Translations under genes and position numbers: made by a program
From: Amoebophrya sp. A120
Taxonomy: Eukaryota; Protista; Dinoflagellata
NCBI GenBank assembly: GCA_905178155.1
Contig: CAJINV010000007.1
Location: 3,366,265 to 3,430,264, forward strand
Length of the DNA: 64,000 nucleotides
Direction of reading: 5' to 3'
In this document: one piece after another, positions 11,387 to 21,204 of the stretch
How positions within the stretch are numbered: position 1 is the stretch's first letter
Layout: every line of letters starts with the position of its first letter
The notes under the pieces: generated by a model
The model's input: the letters and a program-made list of their open reading frames with translations, nothing else
The model's database searches: none
Told to the model about the DNA's origin: nothing

Positions 11387-13680
11387 ATGACAGCCTTAGT
11401 AGGTAGTCACTTCACGATGAGCAAATTAATTGCAAGTGATGCGATAAAAGACGCTCTTGGCCAAGAGGTCAGGCAGCGCGAGTTACACAAAATTGCTGAG
11501 CAAGCGGCGGTAGCAGCATCGCTGAAAGAATTAGCGAACGCTGAAAGGAAATCAAGCAAAAAGCCGATCGTCGCGCCACCACAAGCCGCACCTATCGCCC
11601 CCGCATCATCGAAGCGGAAAGCACCTGAGTACTACAGCGCTCTGATGGACGCGGTGGAGACAGAGTTAGTGTGTGTGGAGGACTGGCACGAGGAGGCTCT
11701 AGAGGATTTCAGCGCAATCGTGCCGTCGTCGGGATTCGTGACTGCCGCCTCCTCACCAGCGGCGGAGCATAAATTCGCGACAACGCTATTCGGAGTTACG
11801 GGAATACGCGAGCACATGGAATTACGGAAAGAGGCGCTGAAGAAACCGCTGGGCACACTAATGTGCATGAACGCCTGGGCAGATGTATCGCAGTGTAACT
11901 CCAGCGCATGCAATTCGTCGCAAGGAGCAGCAGCTGGCTCTGTGACGTCGTCGAGTTCAACTTCATCGAGTGCAACGTCGTCAAGCGACGCCACGTCCGA
12001 CTCCATCGCAATCATATCGAAACCGGGAAACATAGTGCTCACGACTCCCACGCCGTCGATAGCGAGTGTTTTACATTTTTACCAGCAAGCAAAAGGAAAA
12101 GCCGCAAAGAATTACACGCCAGTTTCGGAAGAAGGTCTCAAGATCGATTTTACAATAAAGGCCGCAAGCAGCGAGATGTTCGGTGCCTTCCCGCTTTCGG
12201 ACCAAGCAGCCCAGTTATTAGAATCGGCGACCGCGGACCACGCCAACTCCTCGATAACAGAGGGTACGTCGAGAAGCTACACATCGATCTTGTCGAAGGT
12301 GATCCCAGCCGTCGCGCGGGAATTAGGTTTCATTCTGTGGCCGATAACCACGGATGCCGAGGCAGCGCTGCTGTTCGTGACGTTCGCACATGTTCACTCG
12401 GTCCACAGCGCCTACAAGAATGAAGATTCGAATCGAATACGGTGGGGCGCTTTTTTACAATTGAGCGCGGCGATAAACGCCTTCAATTCCTCGAGAATCG
12501 AGTTAAGCGGCTACACCACGAAGAACAGAGGAGCTTTCTTCCAGAAGCTATGGAAAGGGTGCGTTTTATTTGTTTCTTGTCGCCAAAAGTTTGATGATGG
12601 TTTCTCTGAGCACAAATTGTTGGAACTTCGTCACGAGTCATCACATATTTCCACAACACAGGTTCAAAAAAGAAGCACACCACGGAGCCCCACTGGATGC
12701 GAAGTGGTGTCCGACGTCCACCGAGATGCTCGACGCCTACACGACCGAATGGGAGCATTGGCAGCGACACCACAAGCACATGGTAGACAGCGAAGGAGAT
12801 TTCCAGAAGAAAGTCTTGAGAAACATGTCGCGCAACGATATAGATCTAGTTTTACGACTTCAAAAATTAGCGATAGTTGTCGTAGCTTTCTTCTGTGTTA
12901 GACGGAGCGACGAGGTCAGACTGCTGCGGTTGCGTGATGTAACAATCACCGCGTCACCAGGGTCGGGGCCGCAGTGCGCAGTTTTCGTTTCTCAAGCAAA
13001 GAGCGACCAGCTCTCATTCGGCTCCCTCAGAAGCCTGGGTGCCAACGCATTTCACAAGAATGATAGCTGATTACCAGCGATTTGCCCGCGCCTTCTTTGA
13101 CATAGTACTAGGACGAAAAATGGCCCCCGCCGACGCCTTTTTCTTCGTCATAGGGAATGCGAACATTAAAACCAGGGGTGCGTTCAAATCTAGCAAAGAT
13201 GGTATTAGGAAAGACATCAAAGCCTTTTTCAGCTACGCCTTGCCAGGCACGGTCCCTGAAAAACCAATCTCGCTGCGCAAAGGGGGAGCAAAGCATTATA
13301 TCGAGCACGATGTCTCGCGACGTTTCGCTTATTATCAAGGCGGATGGAGGAACAGCTACTGTCTTGATGTGCACTACGCACCTATCTCGAGTATGGAACT
13401 AAGACAGATGGCAAACAGACACTCGTCCAAAAGCTTAGAAACCTATGCGAATATCGCAAGCCTGCGGGCACTTGACCGCGCCCACGCGATATATCTACAC
13501 GATGATGACGCGATCAAATTTTCGCGCGAGGTCGAGAAGGTGGCATGGGACAGAACCTCTTTAGAATCCTTCCAGGAGGAATGCCCCAGGCTTTTCTCTC
13601 ACGCCGCGTGCAGCTCTTGCGATGCGGCAGTGTACGGAAAAATTTTAGATTTTTTATCAAAATGCGACGAAGATTCATAA
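11387..13680 (+). CDS. Tyrosine recombinase of the retroelement (intron 12559-12661; frameshift near 13036-13039)
   Basis: Box I AFFCVRRSDEV, catalytic K in QAKSDQ, ISLRKGGA (HxxR box with H replaced), GGW and DVHYA nucleophile. The phase-2 GT-AG intron joins LWKG|FKKEAH. Confidence 0.85.
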
Positions 13681-13914
13681 GCGAAAATCTCACACCAAAC
13701 ATGTAAATCTCAGCCACGCAGGCTTCTCGCACTACGTGATATGTTGTCCTTGTTTGCAGCTACTGGCACAGAGCGTCAGCAGATCTGAGCGCAGGCGCGA
13801 CGTAGAGAGAAACGCAAGTGGTAGCACACGGTGCAAACCAGATCCAAAAACTCACTACCGCAAGCAAGCATTAGCCTAGCGTTAGCAGCTCAGCCTTAGT
13901 TTACAGTAGAAATA

Positions 13915-15030
13915 ATGGAACGACCGCTAGGGCATTTGTCAGGATGGCGCTTCTGGTTCTTTGTGACCAAGGTGACCATGCAGAAATGCTGGTTGCTCTT
14001 ACAGCGTCTCAGCACCATACCGCAGTTAATGGCACGCGCAGTCTACGATGACGATAGAATGCTCGTGGACCATTTCTTCCGCAATTTCCGGTCCGCACAG
14101 CACTGGACTTTCCTGGCCAAGTTCTATACGGCAACCATACTGCGCGTGATGGTATTTCTAGTTCGATTACATAATTTACATGCATCTTTGGGCGCAGCGA
14201 AAGCCTTTTCATTAACAAATTCTCATGATCAAAATTAACAAGGTTCCGTATATTCTGATCGAAATCGGCATCATCGACGGGCAATCGCTGATGTGCGCAT
14301 GCATTTCTTATGCAGTAGTCCAGCGGGCGGAATCTTGTCGGTATTTGTTGTTATTACCAAACTTCAGGGACAATTAATAGCAATCCACATATCCTTCTAG
14401 TACCGAGCGCAAAAAATGGACCTAGGAAATCTCGACTATTGCGAAAAACTGCCGTTGCTTCGGCAGGCAAAGTCGATGCGATCCATGATCGATGATTTGA
14501 GTACGAAGGAGCAGAACAATTCCACCTTTTCGCAAGTTGTCGCTTCTTATCGCTGGTGCATGCGCAAAACCCTCCCCAAAAATTGTGACGCCAATGAGTT
14601 ACGCAACACCTGCGCCGTGCTGTTGGACACGCTGGAGGCAATTTGTGCCAAACAGAAGTGTCAAGCGAAATTAGCGGAGGGGATGGCGTCTGCGATTGAT
14701 TCGCTGTACAGCCACCTGTCGGAGATCTGGAATTATCCGGCCCAGGACGAGGCGATGATGGGCCGCAAATGGGCGTCTGTGCTCCTCGCGCGCCAGTTCG
14801 CCCACACCGCAGTGCAGATCTATCGCACCTACCACAAGCAGTCCTCCGCCGACATCGCGAACTTCTACAACCACGAGAAAAAGAAGTACAAAGAAGCCCG
14901 CTTGAAGCAGTTCAACTTGCGAAAGGAAGGAAAGGCTCTGCATGATGAGAAGAAGGAGGAATCCAAGAAAGAAGACTTGCAGAAGCCGTCTGAGGATGAT
15001 AGCTCATACCCGTCTTCGGATTCTGACTAA
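13915..15030 (+). CDS. Element accessory gene 2, unknown helical protein (exons 13915-14151 and 14401-15030; ~288 aa)
   Basis: ORFs 13915 and 14416 are joined in phase 0 by GTATTT...TTCTAG intron 14152-14400; charged C-terminus. Confidence 0.6.
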
Positions 15031-15057
15031 ACAATTTTAAAAAATTTCTTCTTCAGT

Positions 15058-15432
15058 TGTCTCGGACGGATTGTCGGGTCGCAGATCGCAGTGCGCAACT
15101 TCGTTCAGACCAGCGGGCGACTAATCGCACGCGCCTTGGCTCGATGCCTGGAACTGCACCCGGAGCCGTATAGTTTTACCTTTCTTTCCCTTTCGCGCAA
15201 TGGCGCATGTTTTTTGTTTGCATCATGATGATATTGGCATGACGAAAATACTTTATACCACTTAGAACCAAATCACAATCACTCGATCAGGTTAGATGAC
15301 GACCTGCCACCGAGCAGACACACATCCTCATCGGAAGACGAGCGAGTGGATTCGTCATCGGGTGATGATTCTGATGCGGAGGTCGTGAACCCGCAAGAAG
15401 CCATTGATGCAGTCCACCAGCACCAAGACTGA
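15058..15432 (+). CDS. Possible further element exons (15058-15167 and 15291-15432), acidic peptide, no own ATG
   Basis: Open frame joined by phase-2 GT-AG intron 15168-15290; in the same frame as accessory gene 2 just past its TAA. Confidence 0.3.
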
Positions 15433-16001
15433 TGTGTGTCAGTCTCATCGTGGATTTCAAAAAAATTTGTTCATCTTGTAGAAACATTTGACTCAACAAG
15501 AACGGAAAATAGATAGACAAAAACACAGACGACAGAGGACCACGGCAGCAGGATTGTTCTTCTTTCGTTTTGATCACAATCTGTGCAAGAGCATCGGTTT
15601 TCAGTACTTTGCTGCGTCCTTTCCAATCGTCAGTGTCATTTTGATTGTCGTCGTCCGATCCCGCTACCGTCTATTCCAATAAGCTTCCCGCACAGTTTCA
15701 CAGATGTCATATACACATGTTTGGTTTGTAAGTGGGCGCAGGTGGCCTCACGAGCGAATATGTTACTTTCAGAAACTAGAGAGAATCGAGCGCAACTTCA
15801 TGTGCAACCTGAGGGGTTGCTCAGACGAGATTTTATGTGAAATACAATCAAACTGGCTACAAAAAAATGCGCACCTCCTCTCCACGTCCTCCGCGGACGC
15901 ACATGAAGGCCTAGCGGCAGCATGCGCAGACGCGAAATGTCATTTATCTAGGTTTCGGATTTTTGATCTGATTGAAAATGAGCGAAAAATGAGATAAAGA
16001 A

Positions 16002-19000
16002 ATGCGCTCGTCACCTCTCGTTATGTTTTGCGGGGTGCAAATAGGCCGCTCAGCAGCATTGCTGCGCGCACAAGATGCGCAGGACAAGAGAGCAACAAAA
16101 AGACACAAGACGCAGCACGCCTCCTTCTGCGGAGCCCAAATAGGAAAGCCACCAAAAGTAGCGGAGCCGGCACAAGAAATTCATCACTGGATAGCGCAAG
16201 AAAATGCGGCATCAATCATGAAAGATAAGCCGAGGCCATGCAAGAAGGATTCGCAGAAAGAATGCGACGCGTGCTGGGACGACCCCTCGCTGATCTTTCC
16301 GCAGGAAACAGTGGTGACATGGGGCAGCCACTTACCGCAGCCGGGAAAAGCGCCACGAAGCCATCAGTGCGACATCGACACCGTAGACCTGTCACGTCTG
16401 TTTACATGCGGGAATGAGTTCGGTGACCCTTTCAATTTCGCGCCGTGCTCCCCCTTCAAAAAAGAAGACTACGAGAAGGCGGGCGCACCTCTGACACGAG
16501 CAGCAGGCAGGAAACTGCTGCAAGACCAAGAGGGCCCGAGCGACAGGTGGCGCAAGGCCGAGGATGGCCAGGCGTTCGCGGGTCTAACGATAAACCCAGA
16601 AGAATGTGTACGGTTTGGACTACAGCCAGAAGTTTTGCTGAAAGCCTGCACGGGGATAAAGTTCCAACAAATCGCAGAGCACCTAGACCCGGTAGTATGC
16701 GAGAACTACCCGGCGGCCAAGCAGAGCCCGGAGGTCTACAGTAACGAGCTCAAGCGCTTCTTCGAGTGCAAAAAGATCATCCTGTACGATGTGAAATCAG
16801 AAAAGAACGACAAAGGCGAAAGTGTGGAAGTGTGCGACTACCCCAGCGACTTGACGCGCGTGCCAGGAAATCTGCTGTTCCAACGCGACGACAAGATCAG
16901 GGTAGTCAGCGACTACAGCAGCGAGTGGGCCCTGATAAGCCAGTCCATTTTTTCCACCGAAGTAAACTACAAGACCTACTGGGATATGTTTCTGCTGCTG
17001 AAGCCGAACTCCGTCGGGAGTGGTATCGACTTCATGGACTCCTTCGGCCACTGGTTGGCGCACGCACGTTTTCGCCGCATGCTTGGAATAAGTCTCGAAG
17101 GGACAGTACAAAAAGGAGGACATTTGTGCTGTCCTTTTGGCATCGGACCAGCACCGGGCGAAAGCGATTTCTTCGTGAAAGCATTTCTTGCTGCAGTGAA
17201 GAGAAACGGAGTATCGTCGCCAGCACTCGACTACGTAGACGACGTGAGATTTATAACCAGCCCGGTTGACGGCAAACCACACTTCGATAAAGCCAAGCTC
17301 GACCTCGGCCGAGCAGTGTACATACTTACCCGCATGGGCATCAAGATTCACCACAAGGAGTCGAAGCTAATACAGCCGTCGACAATTTTCCCCTGGCTGG
17401 GAAACGTTTTCAACACAGACCCGAGGTCGTGCAACATCATGCTCGAGCCCAAAAGGCGCAAGGAATACCTGCAAGCAGTGCGAGACTTCAAGCAGGCAGG
17501 CAGTAACAAAGAAGCGAAAGCCAGAGACGTAGCCAGCATCAAAGGAAAATTAGGTTCCTGCGCGCTCATCCACCCACGCGGGCCACTGGACGAGCTGAGC
17601 AAGTTGCTGGTAGCTTCAACAGCACCGAAGCAGTGGGCGAAGCTGAGCAGGCAGCTCAATCCGCCAGTTGAAATCTCGGACGCCGCTTTCGAAGACTTGG
17701 ATTTGTGGGAAGACCTGCTGTCGACCGACCACACAAGACAAATGCTCTTCAACGGCGAGCAGACCTTTATTTGGTCTCGTGAAGTCTTGGCCTTCGGAAA
17801 AGCCTTTTTCGCGTCGTTGGGGCCAGAGCTGTTTATCGGTGTTTACATGGACGCAGCAAAAGGCGACATCGAAAACTGCGAAGACCGAAGAAACAGAGGC
17901 TGGGGCGGCACCGTAGCGGACCACTATTTTCGCGGACTCTTCGATCGACGAAAAAGTGCCAGATACCGCCAGCATCAACGAGCTAGAGGCCTTGACAGTT
18001 CAGCACGTGCTAGACGCGGCCAGAGAGAAGTTAGGAGACGCATATTTTCACCAGAAAATAATCCTGATCAAAACCGACAATCCAACGGCAAAAAGAACCA
18101 CGAACAAGGGCTCCGCGGCAACACCGATTCTCAAGAACGTGACGAAAAGCTTGACATCCTTCGCTTCCAGCACAGGCACAGAAATAGTCGCAGCCAAGAT
18201 CGCGGGCGAAGTGAACATCATCGCCGACGCCCTGTCACGCCACGAAGAGCATTTATTTGTCAGTCAGAGAGCCCCCGGGCCGCGGGAGGCACTAAATCCC
18301 AGCTAATTTTTGCGGGATTTCCCCGAAGCCCATAGGTTGGGCGGTGGTTTTCTTCCCCGGGCGTTGAAGGCCCCCGGGCCCGCTGGGTTCCTCCCTTTTC
18401 CGCAGCTCCCGGGGACCCGGGTTTTTCGCAAAGCCCCCGCTGACCCGGCGTGCTTTTTTCAATGAAAAGGCATGGCGGGAATTAAAATTTAAAAATTCGG
18501 GCCGTTTGCAGGGGATTCGGAATTTCGAACGCCGCGGGGGCTTCTTTGGTATTTTCGTCCCCGGGTGGCCCCGAAGGTGGTGGGTAGCGCTCGCGGTCTG
18601 GCTTTCCTGGGGGCCCTCGGGCTTTCGGATTGGGCTGTGAAGACCCCAGCCGTGTGGCCAATGTTGAAATCCCTCCGCCCTATCATTGCTTCACTTTTTC
18701 GCAAAGCCATTGTCGTTTGGCTTTTCGAAAGCACCGCCAGGGTTCCCAGTTTTCTCGTGTTCTATTTTGGACTTCTAAATGTGCTCGCTGTTTTGTTTTC
18801 TATTTTTCTGCGGGATTCGCGTGTTCGGCAGCTGTCTTTTCATCTTCTATTTTTCGCGACACTGGAGATTTCCAAAGGAAATCCTCCAAAGCGCGAATTT
18901 AGAAGTTGAAAAACAGCCGCTCGAGCATGCGAATCCCGCAAAAAATAGAAAGCAAAATAGAAGCACGATTTAGAAACCAAAATAGAATACGATTTAGAGC

Positions 19001-20529
19001 CCCGATTTAGAACATGGAAATAGAATACGATTTAGAGCACGAAAATAGAATACGACTTAGAAGCAAAAATAGAACCCAAAAATAGAAACAAAAATAGAAC
19101 CAAAATTAGCCGGGGAATTAGCAGCGAAAATAGCCGCCCGCGGGGGCTGTTTCGTGTGGGTGTAACTGGGTGGGGTTTCCGATGGTTGATGTTGTTTTTC
19201 GGGCGGCTTTGGGATTTGGGATTTTGGCTTGTGGGAATTCGTCCTGTGTGAGATTGCCGCCCCTGCCATACTCCATGTGCAGAAGGTGGCCTGCTTCCCA
19301 TTGGGTGCTTTTTGTTTTCCTGAAGTTCCTTGCCTGATTGCTTTGGGATCTTATGTGGCGCAACTTGGGCGCTCGGTTTTCCGGGTTTGGGTCTTCACCC
19401 ATTGTCCCGGGTCTCGGGGTTTGAAAAAATCCCGCAGAAATTAGCTGGAAATTAGCGGCCGCCACCGCCCCGGGGTTTCTGGCTGATATTTGCGTTTAAA
19501 GATCCTTTTCCGGATAAAACTTTGCGCAAGCGCTCGTGGAGCATTGTGATGCGCGAGATACCGGGTTTGAATGTCGACTGTTTTGCAGATCACCACAACT
19601 GGCGTTTCCCGGAATACTACACTGCGCACAATCATCCGCTCGATAGCTTCGACGTGTTTTATAACAAACGTTCGTGGTGGTTCCCACCAATACGCCTTGC
19701 AATAGTAGCAGCGCGCTTCCTCGCCAACTTCCAAAAGATTCCAGTAGCTCAAAGACCACGCTTTGCGCTGATGCTGCCGATGATCAGCCCCATGTTCTAC
19801 GACCTAGCGTCCAACTTCGTGCAGTTCTGCACGTACAAAAAGGGTTCCAAGGTGTTTTGCGCAGCGCAGTGCCCACTCGTGTACGGAGCACACGAAGACT
19901 GGATGTTGTTGTTGTCTGTGCATCTACACGACTGGGGAAGAGACAGAGAAAAGACAGAAATAGGCGCGCAAGTTACAAAAATTTTACGCAGGCCTTACTT
20001 TCGTCAATTTCCCGAGCTCGCTAGGAGCAAGTTAAGAATTATGGATATTTGCTATGCGCGCGAGCGGTTTATAGTCCACAACACATGCTGCGTCCCGTGC
20101 AAGCCCAGCGGTTTGGCGGCACAGCTGTTTGCAAAATATCCGAAGGCAAACCGCTACGGGGAGCCGTTTTCTGCGAAACCACTAGGAGGATATGAAGTGA
20201 TAGGAAAAATTGTCAATATTTACGCTATGGTCTGGCCAGGAAAACCCGTCCTCAACAGAGTCCCACGACCATCAGACGTAGTACCGGTAGAAGCATTTAC
20301 AGCAGACGACTCAGCAGAAGCTCGTCTTTTTCGTTTCAAAAACGCGTTGCGCGACTTTATTTTGTCAATCATAGACGAGACAGAATCAGTAGCAATCCCG
20401 CTCAGAATTGGACAAGGCTCATGCGCAGGAGGACAAAAAGAATACTGCGCAGTGATCGCCAAAGCCATCGACGTCGCATTTCGAAACAATGTAGACGCCA
20501 GCATTTATGAGAAGCCGCGCGCTCTATAA
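16002..20529 (+). pseudogene. pol: reverse transcriptase - RNase H - DNA N6-adenine methyltransferase-like - macrodomain; disrupted by a 4-bp duplication (17941-17948) and a nested insertion (18260-19486)
   Basis: RT motifs GIDFMDSF, CPFG, YVDD, WLG. RNase H motifs YMDAA, INELEAL, KTDN, NIIADALSR. MT motifs VDCFAD...WFPP...LMLP. Macro motifs IVHNTCC...GLAAQLFAKYP...VAIPLRIGQGSCAGG. Confidence 0.85.
18260..19486. mobile_element. Nested non-autonomous TIR element (1,227 bp) with 6-bp TSD TATTTG
   Basis: Imperfect ~60-bp TIRs (TCAGTCAGA...CTAAATCCCAGCTAATTTTTGCGGGATTT vs AAATCCCGCAGAAATTAGCTGGAAATTAG...TCTGGCTGA). TATTTG at 18254-18259 and 19487-19492. Removal restores HLFAFKDPFPDKTLRKRSW in frame. 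Confidence 0.85.
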
Positions 20530-20570
20530 TTTCAAATCCACACACCTTGCCCTGGGATACTCTGGAATTA

Positions 20571-20750
20571 GCGCCCAAACTACACGTTTGTAGCATGTGC
20601 TCTGTTCTAGTCCTAGCTGGAAAACGCAGATCACTTCAAGATCAAGACCTCGTGGGTCATTCGGTCTAGATCGCGTGTGTGTGTGTCGGGTACTGAGCTT
20701 GTGCGGTCGCTCAGCAAAATAATTACGAAACCTTTGCTCTACGACAACAA
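20571..20750 (+). repeat. Split direct repeat B1 (180 bp)
   Basis: Matches 21025-21204 with 3 mismatches; directly abuts A2. Confidence 0.95.
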
Positions 20751-20870
20751 TTATGAGATCTAAGGTTTTCGTAAGGAAATAGTTGATCGTCAATTGTGGG
20801 AGTTGTCTATAGTCGGTTTCGTATCCGGGGCTGTGAGCATCCGGTCACCACACTCACATTCTGTTGAAAA
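20751..20870 (+). repeat. Split direct repeat A2 (120 bp)
   Basis: Copy of 6939-7058; B1|A2 reproduces the end-to-start (circle) junction. Confidence 0.95.
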
Positions 20871-21024
20871 CCCACCCACCCGCACCAAACTGTGTCGGCT
20901 CTGGGCAGTGTTCTATGAAACAATTCGGTCGTTTCGTTCATCACGAAAAGACTATAGATAGCTCCCACGATTTTTGTATAAATCGTTCAAGCCACTACCC
21001 GTTCACACCAGAGCATATCCATGC

Positions 21025-21204
21025 GCGCCCAAACTACACGTTTGTAGCATGTGCTCTGTTCTAGTCCTATCTGGAAAACACAGATCACTTCAAGATCAAG
21101 ACCTCGTGGGTCACTCGGTCTAGATCGCGTGTGTGTGTGTCGGGTACTGAGCTTGTGCGGTCGCTCAGCAAAATAATTACGAAACCTTTGCTCTACGACA
21201 ACAA
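21025..21204 (+). repeat. Split direct repeat B2 (180 bp), right end of the element
   Basis: Copy of 20571-20750, followed immediately by host coding sequence. Confidence 0.95.

Larger units (their letters stand above)
6939..21204 (+). mobile_element. Giant tyrosine-recombinase retrotransposon (DIRS order, split-direct-repeat type as in PAT/Ngaro/VIPER)
   Basis: A1...B1-A2-spacer-B2 repeat architecture; YR, RT, RNase H, methyltransferase-like and Gag-like coding regions; no TSD; host reading frame restored on removal (GAAGAAAA|CTTTAATCGG = EENFNR). Confidence 0.93.

Noticed and set aside
18946-19133. CRISPR-like array
   Set aside because: The period is only 12-13 bp with no unique spacers and no cas genes, in a eukaryotic context.
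18259-19530. Simple GT-AG intron in pol (GTCAGT...CAAG, phase 0)
   Set aside because: Formally in frame, but the TIR plus TATTTG duplication explains the boundaries better and preserves the expected pre-MT motif. It remains a possible rescue splice.
6939-21204. LTR retrotransposon or assembly duplication
   Set aside because: There are no TG...CA LTRs, TSD or DDE integrase. The repeats have the A...BAB order, differ at a few positions and accompany a YR.
21131-21204. N-terminus of the 363-aa ORF as an independent gene start
   Set aside because: These codons lie in repeat B2; the true upstream coding sequence ends at 6938.
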